Below are positions 12,951 to 25,910 of a stretch of 64,000 nucleotides of DNA, in pieces. Both the position numbers and the translations under genes were made by a program. Each line of letters starts with the position of its first letter. Position 1 is the first letter of the stretch. The stretch spans positions 21,782,010 to 21,846,009 of the forward strand of contig CM119268.1 of NCBI GenBank assembly GCA_051294375.1. Reading direction: 5' to 3'. This DNA is from Paraspadella gotoi. Taxonomy: Eukaryota; Animalia; Chaetognatha. The notes beneath the pieces are model-generated. The model did no database searches and was not told the origin of the DNA. It saw only the letters and a list, made by a program, of their open reading frames with translations.

Positions 12951-15879
12951 AGAGAGAAGCAGAAGAGTGCTGAGAGAGGGGAGAGGGTTGAGAGAGAGAG
13001 AAGAGGGTGAGAATGAGGGAGAGAGTAGGCGAAGGAGAGAGAGAGAGAGAAGATGTATTAATGATCCTAATTCCCCCGATAACAACTCCCTCCACCATTA
13101 AAGGACAATGCGGCTCTAATCATAGAGGGAGAATCGCTCGAACGTCTCCTTTCCACTCGGGAGGCTGAGTTCATGCGTCTCGCCATCCCTGCACCGGCAG
13201 TCGTCATCTGCCGGTGCTCGCCGACGCAGAAGGCACGCGTCGTGCATCTCGTCAAGGCCTACGCCAAGAAGAGGACTTGCGCCATCGGGGATGGAGGCAA
13301 CGACGTGTCCATGATTCAGGTGAATTTGATTGATTTATTTGTTTATCGATTTGTTTATTTGTTTAATTATTTATTTATTTGTTTATTTATTTTTTAATTT
13401 GTTTATTTATTTGTTCATTTGTTTATTTGATTTATCTACATTCTTGATTTATTTATTAAATCAATTTATTTATTAATTGATGAATTTTTGGTAGATTGAT
13501 TTTTCATCTATTTATTAATTATTTAAATATTTGTGACAGACAGCTTTTTGTCCGATTGATTTTTTCTTTATGGTTTTTTTTTTCGAACAATTGGTCGATT
13601 AATTAATGAATTTTATAAACGATCGTTCGTATGATTAATTCCACAATCAATTAATTGATCCCCTGTGATCCCCTGCCATTTCTCCCATTTATTAATCCCC
13701 TGCCATTTATTGATCCCCTGCCCTTTCTCCAGGCTGCCGACGTTGGAATCGGCATCGTGGGCAAGGAAGGGAAGCAAGCATCGATGGCAGCAGATTTCTC
13801 AATCACCAAATTCTCTAACTTGAGTCATCTTCTCTTGTGGCATGGGAGGAACGCTTACAAGCGGTCCGCCAATCTCGCGCAGTTCATCATTCACAGAGGT
13901 CGGGGGCTGAGTCGGTGAAATCAATTTGAAGGCTGTGAGATTTGAGATAAACTTAAGTATCAAATAGCTAATCGCTTTTTAAAAAAAAATTAAAATAAGA
14001 ATAAAAATAAAAATTAAATAAAATAAAAATTACCTCAGCCATCTCGAAATATCAATAGAACGAATAATATCAAAAAATATATATATTTGTTTAATCATTT
14101 TGGTTATAATCGTGCAGCCATTGTCCTGATGTTTTCTAATCATGGAGACAAAGTCCCAAACCTTTTTCGAACGAGAGATGTCGCTGCGATCTAAAATTCT
14201 AAAATGATTTCGAAAGCGAACAGAAGAACAATCCTCCGAACCTCAATTTAAAACCCCTTTTTTTCTCTTCAATCACCAGGTCTGGTGATCGGCATCATCC
14301 AAGTGATCTTCTCCTGCACCGTCTACCCTTTCCTGCCAATTCCAGTCTTTCCCTCTTTCCTCATGGTCGGATTCACGACTTTCTTCACTCAACTTCCCGT
14401 TCTCTCGCTCATCGTGAACACAGACGTCACGCCCAAGATGGCCAACGATTATCCAGAGCTGTACAAGGTGTGGAGGGAAGAGGGAGGAAGAAGGAAAGGA
14501 GAGGAAAAGGAAAGGAAGGAAAGAAGAAAAGAAATGAAAGGAGAAAAGGAGGCGGGGGGGAAAAGAATGGTAGTTGTTGAAGTTGTAGCGTTTAATCTTT
14601 TTAGAACGTTATTTGTCCTAAAATAACTCTTTTTTACCTTCAAAATTAATCGTTTTCAAACTAAATTCTCAACGAAATAAGGTAGGGACTAGGGAGCAAA
14701 TAATTATTTGATAGACTTAGTTACATAATGTAAAATAATCGAATGAATTCCTCTCTTTATTCCATTTGCTACCCAGGAACTTACCAAGGCCCGCGTCCTT
14801 ACCTCCAAAACTTTCCTCATCTGGATGCTTCTCTCGGTCTACGAAGCAGCGGTCATCATGTTCGGGAGTTACGCCACTTTGGTCGGGCCCGAGTTCTTTC
14901 AGGGCGGATACAATTCCCTCGAGTATCAGGTGAGTCGCTCTTGTTATTTCGTTGTTCTTCTGTTTTTGCTGTTCACGTCCTGTTGTTGATCTGTGGCTAT
15001 CCTGTTGTTGTTCTGTAATTGCTGTTGCTGTCCTGTTGTTGTTCTGTAATCGCTGTTGTTGACTTGTTCTTCTATTTTTACTGTTCTTTCATTGTAGTTT
15101 AGTTAACGGTTTACCGTTAAATCTGCCGCGTTTTTGCTTGTTCTTACAAACAAATCGTTCACCTTACTTAAATCTTTGTAAAGATGTTGTGTTACCTTCT
15201 TAAGGCAAAACTTTGATTTCATATTAATTAATTAAATAATAAATGGTTGGATCAACAATTACATTCCGCTTTGACAGGAAATCAACAACTTGGCCTTCAC
15301 AGTTCTTCTCTTCTCAGAATTCGTCATCGTTCTTCTCACAGTCGAAAAATGGCACTGGTTCTTTTTCGTCGCTCAGGTTGTGATTTGTGACATTGTGATA
15401 TTGGTGATATTGGTGATATTGTGATATTGGTGATATTGTTTTGTTATGGGGTCGTGATGTCGGTGTGTTGCTATATAGTAGGCTGAAGAAGCGTCCAAAT
15501 GCTTATGAGTAAAAAAGAAAATAGGAACCAAGGAACATAAAGAACAAAAGAACAAAAGCTGAAATTTGGGAAGAAGAACCCTTTTCAATTGTTTGCATTG
15601 ACGCCAAACGTAAATTACTCTTATTAAATTAATGCAACCCATATATTTTAATTCAACCCCCAACACCTTCGGCAGGCACTCTCATTCCTCCTCTACGTCG
15701 TCTCCATCGTCTTCATGGAATACGTCGTCCACGCGGGATACTTCGACGTCGACCATTTCTTGGAGGAAGATTTCTACGTCGGAGTCTTCGTCGTCGGCGG
15801 CGTCTCAGTCGTTCCTCTCATTGCTCTCACTTGCGGCAGAAGATTATTGTATCCTCCGATTTACAGCAAACTCAAATGA
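1..15879 (+). CDS. ATP9: P4-ATPase phospholipid flippase, class II (ATP9A/B, Neo1/TAT-5 family), multi-exon; 5' end uncertain
   Basis: Exons: (<1-100?), 2209-2426, 3027-3373, 4285-4448, 4540-4713, 4909-5106, 5420-5677, 5925-6097, 6403-6645, 6993-7194, 7994-8169, 9050-~9234, 12017-~12261, 12756-~12895, 13104-13319, 13733-13898, 14280-14467, 14777-14929, 15278-15376, 15676-15879. Motifs: [11 protein letters not shown] (A domain), [11 protein letters not shown] (TM4), DKTGTLT (phosphorylation site), [47 protein letters not shown] and C-terminal PPIYSKL typical of ATP9. Exons between 9050 and 12895 carry many indels. The exons before 3027 are joined on splice phase only; a fallback ATG is at 2326. 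Confidence 0.95.
261..410. other. assembly gap (N run)
   Basis: 150 Ns. Confidence 1.
1845..1992 (+). repeat. dispersed repeat family A, copy 1 (inverted copy at 23481-23664)
   Basis: gtgaagagacagtaattattg...ttcggatcaggctgtaacacc...ctcttaactgctaggcg...gacttgcctcc matches the reverse complement of 23481-23664, with indels. Confidence 0.85.
3711..3792 (-). tRNA. tRNA-Ser(GCT) copy 1
   Basis: Reverse complement GACGAGGTGGCCGAGCGGTTAAGGCGTTGGACTGCTAATCCAATGTGCTCTGCACGCGTGGGTTCGAATCCCATCCTCGTCG; 82 nt, long variable arm, T8 terminator downstream. Confidence 0.98.
3887..3968 (-). tRNA. tRNA-Ser(GCT) copy 2
   Basis: Same sequence as copy 1 except one T-stem G>A change that turns a G:U pair into A:U; 176 bp from copy 1. 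Confidence 0.97.
4063..4144 (-). tRNA. tRNA-Ser(GCT) copy 3
   Basis: Identical to copy 1; 176 bp from copy 2. Confidence 0.97.
4672..4872 (+). repeat. 42-bp tandem repeat (about 5 copies) of the ATP9 exon end [14 protein letters not shown] extending into the intron
   Basis: A gaggccat-like anchor recurs at 4687, 4729, 4771, 4813 and 4855. Confidence 0.9.
9183..10910 (+). repeat. minisatellite, 54-bp consensus unit, about 30 copies, made of an ATP9 exon 3' end plus splice donor
   Basis: Consensus gctgattggctgaatgaagagactgggaacatggcgagggagggattgaggtta translates as [18 protein letters not shown]; copies have scattered indels. Confidence 0.95.
11090..12016 (+). repeat. about 930-nt C/T-rich low-complexity tract ending at a splice acceptor
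   Basis: ccactccttcccc-like motifs; a similar tract lies at 8480-9049. Confidence 0.9.
12377..12530 (+). repeat. dispersed repeat family B, copy 1 (copy 2 at 40694-40840)
   Basis: g[g/a]aagccag..ggagtgaataaac..ctgtgg..gtcttgatt.aaagct...aaagtcag..gcaag.tagc is shared by both loci. Confidence 0.8.
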
Positions 15880-16185
15880 TCATTTTGGGGGATCTTTTTA
15901 GTTAATGTTTTGGATGATCTTGAGATGATTCTTTGGATGATATTCTAGAAGATCTTTGGACGATCTTCAGTTAATTTTTGAAGATCTTTAGATGATCTTG
16001 AGATGATTCTTTGGATGATCTTTAGACGATCTTTAGATGATTCTTTGGAGAATCTTCAGTTAATATGTGAAGATCTTTGAATGATCTTCAGAAGATCTTT
16101 GAATGATCTTCAGAAGATATTTGGATGATCTGAGGATGGTCTTCAGATGATCTTTAAAATGATCTTCAGATGATCTTGAGATAAA
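15880..16185 (+). repeat. degenerate gatgatctt tandem repeats at the start of the ATP9 3' UTR
   Basis: gatgatcttcag/gatctttga motifs begin at the stop codon. Confidence 0.8.
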
Positions 16186-17359
16186 GTTTTCCCCGCTCGC
16201 CACAAGTGGTCGTGATACGTTATCTAACTTCAGAAGAGTTTAAGAGATCGTAAAAAAAAAAAGATTTCAAATTTGGGGTAAAAACCTAAAAAGTTGTGGC
16301 AAATTTTGACGAAATTCCTTTTGCTGCATCTGCGAGAAAGTTGAAGGGACATTTGAAATAAATTCCTCTCTCTGACAAGAGTAGTCTTAAATTTTCGGTC
16401 TATAAAAAAAGCAATTTCTTTTTCTTATAATCCGTATAATCTTCATGAAAATGAAAACAAATTGGCTAAACAGATTTTTTTAAAAAACCAGCATTTCATT
16501 ATTTTCAAGGTACATCAAAGTTGTCTATTTAACCATCACTATTCAGCGCACAGAAGTCAGATCGATTAATTTTATAATTTTTTTTTTCGGTAAATGTTGG
16601 GAAAAAATTTAAAACTTGCGGGTTTTCTAAATTATCATATCGTACGGATTCCTCCGTCAAGACTTCTACACTTCTTAAGATTCAGGGGAAAAAAAGCTGA
16701 TCTCATTTTAAAGTTGGGATTGACCTTTTTTTAAAAAAAATTAGTCAAGTTGGTTTAATTCATTGAAATGTATTCGGTGAAATTAAACGAATTAGAACTA
16801 AGATTGAATACAAATCAAAAGAAAGGATTGTGAACCATTCACAAAGGGCATCCATCCATCCATAAGTGACCTCTGATTTTAATTATATTTCTTTTTTTTA
16901 GCATTCACTGTTATTTATACTTTTGCAAGAATGAAACGTAACTTTTTTGTGATATATAACGATAATCATGATAATGATAATGATCCAGCCGATTCTTTGC
17001 TCAAAACTTTTCGCCTTTTTTTTCCTCCCTAATTAATTGATCGATCGATTGATTGTTTTGACAGTTTTTTCGTGATTGTTTCTTGGATAAGAAAAATAAA
17101 CTAGTCAACGTTTGTTAAAAAAAAGGTTTTTTTTCTGTTTTTAAACGTGTTGCGAGGTTTATATTTTGCAAGATAATAAAAGATAGCTAATTCCACATTC
17201 ATAATACTTATTTTATATAGTTTCCGAACATATATATTAATGTGACCCAAAGTTATGTCGGGCAAAATAACTGAACTTTAACTAATTGAGTTAGACAGAT
17301 TTGAGGAAAAATAAAAGTGTCATTTCAACTTAATGTTTACGTCGTTGTAATTATCATGG

Positions 17360-17825
17360 CCTTAGACACGGGCGTTGATGTCTTGGCCGATCTCGCTGTC
17401 ATCATCAATGTCATCATCAATGTCATTCATTGGTCGTTGTCGTCGCTCTCGACTATCGCTTGTTTGGCCTTTTTTTTTCGAAAACGCCCGATTTCATTTA
17501 AAATTTAAAATTAAATTTAGATAAAAAGTATATTTTATAGGTTATGGTTAAAAATTAGGTCAATGATTATGGTTATGTGTAGTAGCGAACATAGGGATTA
17601 GGTATTATAGTTATAGTTATTATTATTAAGGGTTATAGTTTGGTATTATGGTTTTTGGTTAAGGGTTAAGATTAGGGTAAGCATTATATCAGGGTAAGGC
17701 TTTAGGATTAGTAATGAGGATTATGGTTTAATTTATAAGTTTAACATAAAAAATTAATTAGATATTAAGTTTAAATTAAATTCCAAGTTGTAAATGACAG
17801 TAAATGATCGATTTTGGAAAAGCGA
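17360..17825 (+). mobile_element. putative TIR/MITE-like element with degenerate TTAGGG-like core (family C, copy 1)
   Basis: ttttcgaaaacgcccgatttc (~17475) is the near reverse complement of gaaattgggcgccttcgaaaaa (~38653); both loci enclose (ggtta/ttaggg)-rich cores, and flanking gtcttggcc/ggccaagac also match. Confidence 0.55.
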
Positions 17826-18363
17826 GCCGTTGGTTTATTAACAAAATTAACAAAATCTGTTCATTTTTTGTTATATTTCCATGTGGATCAGTGTCAACCA
17901 CAACCTAAATGACCTTTACATTTTAAAATTAGCCGTATTTATTAGTAGTACTTAACTGATGGGTAACACTTTTGACCCTCAAACTAATTTTCTGTCAGCG
18001 TTTGACTCGTAAAATTTTTTTCACGTAAAATATTGTCCTTTCTCATCATTGGATGTTCGTCACGAGTTTGTCTTCCTTTCAATCTAGTTTTTGAAATTCT
18101 TTAGTTTTTTTTTTTTTAAACCAGAAAATAATTAATTTATGGACGAGTTTTCTACACTTACATTTACTGCTGTTTATAAAATATATATATTCTTAAGTCA
18201 AGCCAACTCTTGGTTGGGCACAGTGAATTTCCTATTCGTTCAAAGCTCATGCCCACTCAAGGTCACTGTGCTCGAGACGATTTCCGATTGATTTCGAGAT
18301 CCGGAAATGCGATTACGAGGTCGCGAAATGCGATTATTTCGTCGCCTTTCGTCGTTATCCGAG

Positions 18364-18411
<48 letters not shown>

Positions 18412-18809
18412 GCAAACTCTTCGCTTTAACGACGACGACGACGAGGACGAGGACGACGACGACGTTGCGTAAATGTGATTCGGCAAAAGTCACGTGATTT
18501 GGGCGTGAACACCGAAGCGGCGAAGCGAGTGCCTCGTGAGAGTTATTTGACCTTTATTGGAAAGGAAGCCAAAGTTTGTTGATTGATTCAGGAATTCGAT
18601 ATCTAAAATTATGTCACGAGTTTGTCTCAATTTTAAGAATATTTTTATCACTCTGTCACAACGAGTTAGTTTAGGTTATAGTAAAAAAAATATATAATAA
18701 ATTTTAAAAAATGAATTAAAAAACCTAGCATGTGCGATAACTATTCACCAGGGAGTCACTAGCGTTCAACTCTGCAATCACATGATCTCAAACTTCGCAC
18801 GTGACAAAC

Positions 18810-18920
18810 AGAAGCGCTTCTCCCCAACCGCCTCCCCCAGACAATCGGAAGCGCTTCCCCCCAACCGCCTCCCCAAGACAAACGGAAGCGCTTCCCCCAA
18901 ACCGCCTCCTCCTGACGTCA
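18810..18920 (+). promoter_or_regulatory. 3x ~37-bp GC-rich repeat followed by a perfect CRE palindrome TGACGTCA (18913-18920), upstream of VMAT
   Basis: gaagcgctt(c/ct)cccaaccgcctcc x3, then cctgacgtca; function is inferred only. Confidence 0.35.
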
Positions 18921-18979
18921 TCGATGTTCTTTTAATTGATCGTTACTTCGTCGCCGTCGTGTTTGCTAAGCCCTAGAAA

Positions 18980-18980
18980 G

Positions 18981-19058
<78 letters not shown>

Positions 19059-19986
19059 GCACCCACCCCTTCTCCCTGTGATGTTTGCTTAATCCTCAAG
19101 GACCGTAGCGTTCGACGCCGCATCGAATCGCTTCCGATCGTGTCTCCCTGTCTTTTTCTCTTTGTCTCTGTCTCCCTCTAACTTTTTCTTATGTTTTTTT
19201 TTCTCTCTCTTTTTCTCTCTCCCTAAACTTTCCCTTTACTCCTGCTTCCTGTCTTTCTCTCTCTCTCTCTTCCAAAAGAGAGATCACCTCATGCTCTCTT
19301 TATTTCTCTCTCTCACTCTCTCTCTCTCTCTCTTTCTCTCTAGCTTTTTAGGGCTGTTTAAAGTTCAAGCCTAAAGCTCGCACTTTTGTTTTTCAAATTC
19401 AAAAAATTCAAAATTCTCTCCCTCCCTCTCTCTTTCTTTCTCTCTCTCTCTCTTCCAAAAGAGAGATCACCTCATGCTCTCTTCCTCTCTCTCTCTCTCT
19501 CTTTCTCTCTCCCTCTCTCTTTCTTTCTTTCTCTCTCTCTCTTTCTCTCTATTTCTCTCCCCACTCTCTCCACAAAAGGAGAGATCAACTCATAATCTCT
19601 CTCCCTCTCCCTCTCTCTCCCACCTCATGCTCTCTTTATCTCTCTTCTCTCTCCCTCTCCTCTCTCTCCACCTCATGCTCTCTTATCTCTCTCTCTCTCC
19701 TCTCCCTCTCTCTCCCACTCATCTCCCTCTTTATCTCTCTTCTCTCTCTCGCTCTCCCTCTTCTCTCCACCTCATGCTCTCTACAAAAGATTCTCATCTC
19801 ATCTCCCTCTCCTCTCTCTCCCACCTCATGCTCTCTTTATCTTCTCTCTCTCTCCCTCTCCTCCTCTCCCACCTCAATGCTCTCTTTATCTCTCCCTCTC
19901 TCCCTCTCCCTCTCTCTCCCACCTCTGCTCTCTTTACTCTCTCTCTCTCTTCCCTCTCCCTCTTCTCCCACCTCCATGCTCCTCTT

Positions 19987-20021
<35 letters not shown>

Positions 20022-21067
20022 CCTCATCTCTCTTTATCTCTCTCTCTCATCTCCTCTCTCTCCCACATCATGTCTCTTTATCCTCCTCTCTCTCTCCCTC
20101 TCCCTCTCTCTCCACTCTGCTCTCTTTTCTTCTCTCTCTCTTTCTCCTCTCCCTCTCTCTCCCCCTCATGCTCTCTTTATCTCTCTCTCTCTCTCCTCTC
20201 TCTCCAACCTCATGCTCTCGTCTCTCCCTCTTCCCTCTCTTCTCCCACCTCATGCTCTCTTTATCTCTCTCTCTCTCTCTCCCCTCTCCCTCTCTCTCCT
20301 CACCTCATGCTCTCTTTCTCTCTCCTCTCTCCCTCTCCTCTCTCCACCTCATGCTCTCTTATATCTCTCTCTTCTCTCCTCTCTCCCTCTCTCCTCTCCC
20401 ACTCTGCTCTCTTTTCTCTCTCCTCTCCCCTCTCCTCTCTCCCACTCATTGCTCTCTTTATCTCTATCTCTCTCGTCTCCCTCTCCCTTCTCCCCACCTC
20501 AATTGCTCTTATCTCTCCTCCCTCCCTCTCCCTCTCCTCTCCAAGCCTCATGCTCTCGTTTGATCTCGTGTCTCATCTCGCCTCTCCTCTCCCTCTCCGA
20601 TACTCATGCCTCGTTTATTCTTCTCCTCTCCTCTCTCTCTCCCTCTCCCTCTCTCTCCCACCTCATGCTCGGTCACGACTGCATGAGAAGAATCCGCAAC
20701 GAAATAAGTTTTCATTTCGCCGTTGGATCCTCTTAAGCAGAAATGGAAAGATGGAAAGAAAGATGGAAAGAAAGATGGAAATAAAATTGAAAGAAAGATG
20801 GAAAAAAGATGGAATGAAAAATGGAAAGAAAGATTTAAAGAATGAAAAAAGGACTGAAAGATGGAAAGAAAGAATTAAAGAAAGATGGAATGAAAGAAGA
20901 AATGAAAGAAAGAATGAAAGATGGAAAGAATGAGGGAAAGAAAAGTGGAATGAAAGAAGGAAAGAAAGATGGAAAGAAAGATTTAAAGAAAGATGGAATG
21001 AAAGATGGAAACATTTTTTTAAGAAAGATGGAATGAAAGATGGAAAGAAAGAAGGAAATAAAAAGGA

Positions 21068-21099
<32 letters not shown>

Positions 21100-21100
21100 A
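18980..21100. repeat. (CT)n microsatellites, cacctcatgctctct-based CT-rich minisatellite and gatggaaagaaa repeats
   Basis: Directly visible low-complexity arrays; the long Ser/Leu ORFs here are artefacts. Confidence 0.9.
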
Positions 21101-22288
21101 GGTAAAAAGAGGCGAGAATACGTTTCTAAGACAAAGTCATAATACTTAAGGTAAAGTATTTCTGAGCTAATCTCATTTTTCTTCTAATTTTCTTCTTCGA
21201 TTTTTCCTTTAGTTTTCCTTTGTTCATTTATTATTTGCATTTCATTTCATTTCTTTTTTTAATGTATCAGTTCAGATTATTGATTGTTTTACATTTTTAT
21301 TACTAATTTTCTTGTCTCATATTGTTCTCTTGTTTAATTATCTTACTTCTCTTCCCTCTTAACTCCTCTTTCTCCTCTTTTCTTTTTCCTCTTCATTCTC
21401 TTTTTACACGAAATCTCAATTTCCTCTCCGCCATATTTTTTCCCTCTTCCTCTTCCTCTTCCTCCTCCTATTCCTCCTCCTCTTCCTCCTCCTCCTCCTC
21501 GTTCCATTCTCACAAAAAAACTTATTTCTTCCTCCATCGACGAAATCACAAACATCTTCTTCCTCTTCCTCTTCCTCCTTCTCTTCCAGCAAAACTTTCT
21601 TCCTCTTCTTCTCCTCCTCTTCTTCAGCTTCTCACTCACCTCCCTTTACTCCTCCTCCTCCCTTCCTTCCTTCCTTCCTTTCCTCCGCTTCTCCTCCGAT
21701 CGCTTCTTTTCTTTTCCGCTTTTTTTTTTCTCTTTCCGCTTTTCTTCCTTCTTCCTCCGCCATGGACTGAGGGTAAGTTAGACGCGAGTCGCAAGATTCC
21801 AACCTTACTCATCGATTTTTTACCCGAGTTTTTTTTTGGTGAGTTTATTTGTTTAAAAATGATATTTTTTATTATATATTCATAATTTCGCTTGACATGG
21901 GTCACAATTATAGTACCATAAAAATTTTAATTATTAGGGCTATCTTATTTTTAAATTTTAATCGCTAAACTTTTTTTAAATAACTGACACTCATTAAAGG
22001 ATTTAAAGTTTTGAAAAATACTCTGCGACATAATGTTTTTCTAAATAAAAAGAGAGAAAACTTAATTTTATATTTAATTATAACGTTCATCAGCCGTTTA
22101 GTTCAATTTTATTTTATTTACTTTATTTATTTAATACGGCTATTTAATTTGAATGACTTTGATTATTTTTAATTATATTTAATTTAATTTAATATTTACG
22201 ACGATCCTCGTTTCCAGTTTCACCGATTCCGGATCGCCTCCGTCGGAGGAGGCGGAGTTGCCGGGATTTCTCGGCGGCGGAAGAGAAA

Positions 22289-22999
22289 ATGGCCTCCAGT
22301 GGCCGGAAGGAAGAGCCGGAGCCGGATCCGTCTCTCCCGGCGCCGGTGAGTTTTTAGAACGAAAGTAATAATTTAATGTTTTGCCAATTAGCAGAGTTAA
22401 AATAAAGCATTTTTTGGCCTTATTTTTCCCTCGCGCCCCATTTCGTTTTTAATTCGGAATTAAGTCAGTTTTTAGATCTAAACATTAGGTTAGAGATTAA
22501 TATTATATATTATGTTCGATTGACAATTACCATCGAAAGACTTCTGTGTCCCTTATGCCTCTCAGAAAAATGGTGTCATAGATAAATAATAAAACTTCTT
22601 TAATTTCACGACTTCAAACTTTTTTTTTCTGTACACGATCTCGTTCTTGTGGCGGTAGTTCTCTGAATGAAACCTTTATGGTACAAAATGAGAATTCAAA
22701 AATAAATTTAACAACGTTACGATTCAGACGTATCACCTCAAACAAAAGAGTCAGCCCCTCCCTGCTCAAACTTTCTTCCCCCCCTTCCGAAAGAGGCGCT
22801 ACTGTTGTCCAATTAAATGTCGATCCAAAGTTCTTTGAATTCTGGCCAGGTGATCTGTTCATCGTCGAAATCTTGATCCGATTCGTCGATCTTGTTAAAA
22901 GTGGATTCGATCTCAGATTGAGTGATGATGTCGTTGTTGTTGTCATTTATCTTGTCTTCGAGAGCGTCGGCCTGGTGGGGGAGAGGAGAGAGGGAGAGA

Positions 23000-23042
<43 letters not shown>

Positions 23043-25869
23043 TGAATATAAACGAATACGGCCTTGGGCACGCCTATTGCGGCCTATGTAGCCTTTTGGC
23101 TCAGATATTAATATCGTTACGCATAACAACAGATGACTGTTCAACATTTAAGATACTAAACGTTACAACGGAAATAGTGGTAGAACACGATTTAAAGTGA
23201 ATTGTTTTTGATGATGTTTTCTCGCCTTCCTTTAGCTGTTGAGATGATTTTGTTTTTGAGGGAGGATTCTCCTGCTGCATCGTATACGAGCTTTGCTGAT
23301 GTATGGATTGGAAGATTTAAAAATGTTTTTATGGCCCTCAATTGTAAGCCATATGACAATGGAGTAATCAAAAATAGAAGNNNNNNNNNNNNNNNNNNNN
23401 NNNNNNNNNNNNNNNNNNNNNNNNNNNNNNNNNNNNNNNNNNNNNNNNNNNNNNNNNNNNNNNNNNNNNNNNNNNNNNNNGTGCCGGAGGCAAGTCATTC
23501 GCCTCCCAACCGGGGTTCTAGCCTGGTGGCCGCCTAGCAGTTAAGAGGGTCGGGGCGCTTAACCCGCCTGTATCACGGTGTTACAGCCTGATCCGAAGCT
23601 CAGGGACTGCTTATATTGAACGGTTCTTTCATTAACACTTATCAATAATTACTGTCTCTTCACGTCTTACTTAAGAGAAAATTAAAGTTTTATTGAATTG
23701 TGCAACGAATTATTTGTTCAGATACGGACATGTTTCGGCTTGTAATGTTCAGCCTTCATCAGCGTCTATTACATTTTGAAATAAATAAACAAAACTTCTT
23801 ACTTAAATTTACGCTTAGATGTTGTAATACTAATTTTTTCTAAACAATTAAAAGAATTAGAATTATTGTTACAAAATCAATGTAAAAAAAATAATCCATT
23901 ACTTTTCAAGTATTCTAAACTGTATCAAACTAAATCCTAGGAACTTATAAAAATTGACCAGACTGCTATGTATGTAATTGTTAAAATTCATAAAAATTTG
24001 CCATTACTACATTGTCACCCACCGTCATAAATCTTACCCGTTGGCCAAACGAAACACCGAGGCGCAAAAGGCAAAAACCAAAAAGAATTTCATTTTCACT
24101 CGCTTTCTTTTTTTTTTCAAAGTTTTACAATGAGAGTAAGAAGAGAGGAAATGTAGACATTAATGTAAAGGAGAATAAATATGAAGGAACAGTGAAGATA
24201 ATAAGCCTCGCTCTTGACCGTTGAACGTGTCGCCTCTCACTTGCGTCAGTACGTGAAATCACTGTCTATGACCTGTCTGGCTCCTGAGTCTGGAGTCGGT
24301 TTATAAGACATTGCCCGTTTAATGCTTTATAATGTACAAATTGTACATTAGATTATACGATAGATTCGTTACCACTCTGAGTTACGTAAGCTTTATGCTA
24401 TTTTGTCAAATTGCCTTTTTACATTTATTTTTTTGAAAACGATAACGCCCAAAATGATCTTACACTAAATCTAATCCTCGATCAGGTGAATCAGACGATG
24501 ACAGAACTTGACAAATTAAAGGTTTTATTATAGTTTCGAAATTTAAAATTTAAAAAGTTACCATACCTTAGGCTGGCTAGGCCTGACCTCTTCATCAAAA
24601 TGAATAAAACGATTTATGATTGACTTAACATGGCAAGATATGATAGAAATATCATAATCTTAATTCGTTATCCCCGTCTGAGATGCACTTGAAAGTTGGA
24701 AATATCACGCGGCATCAAGAACTCCCGGGTCAATTTCGTGTCAAGTTGACATTCGTTGACTTTTGTTCATGACGCTTGTCTCTGAAAGACTCTCCGGACA
24801 GAGGCGCGATTGGAAGACGAGCGAAGAGAGATTCCCAGACAGACAAATGGAGAGAGAGAGAGACAAATTTATGAGTCAATTTAATAAAACAATAATAGTT
24901 TTTTATCGAGCCTACCGGCGAAGCCGGTTCAGGCTCGATATTGATTCGGGTCAGCTTCTTTGTGATCCCGTCGTCGTCGGCGTCGTCGTCGCGGCGTCAC
25001 GCTGTTTTTATATAAAACTACTACGCTTTTATAGTTTGGCTGTGACTTACCGTTTTATTTAAAATAAAAATATTATGAATTATGATAAAGTTTTACAAAA
25101 GTGTGCATCATAGTAAGTTAAAAATTTAGATATGGCTTCTCATCTTGAATAGCTCTGATATTTTCTTATTACATTTGGATTTAAGTATTTTTTGTTTGAA
25201 TTTCCACTTCATTATGATTTACTGCAATATGCAAATGAGATTATAGTACTCATTATAATATCCAAATTAGTATATAGAAATGCTTTAATCTAATTTACAT
25301 ATTGCAGTATATAATATTGAAGATCAAATTCAAAAAAATTTTTTTCACATATAATAAAAATGGGAACTCAAAGGAACTTTTTAATGAGAAGCTATATCGT
25401 AATTTTAATACAAATAAAAATAAAATCTTTTACAACCTATGATTGAAAAAAATTGTAACAATTTCCAATTGTAAACAATTGTAAAATTTTTTTTCCTTTC
25501 TTTTATTTCTTTAAATTATATATATATTTGTCTTCCTATTTTTGTCAGTTGCTGCCTCTTCTGAACCCTTTACTAACGAGTTCAGGGCTTCAGGCTCTGC
25601 AGTGATTGTACAACTGCCTTCCAGCGGCTGTCCAGCTTTCTCTCTTTGTCTCTGTCTGTCTCTTTCCTTCTCTTTCTGTCTCTTTCTGTCTCTCTCTCTG
25701 TCTCTGTTTCTCTCCCTCTCTCTGTACGATCTCTTGCGTGATAGTTTTTTGAAAAATTTTGATTATTTTTTTTCATTTTAAAAATTTTTATTATCGCTAT
25801 TTATTCCGCGCTTTTTTCTCAATGCAAAATCCCAAATTTACCTCCGAGATTTTCGTGGATTTATTCTCT

Positions 25870-25910
<41 letters not shown>

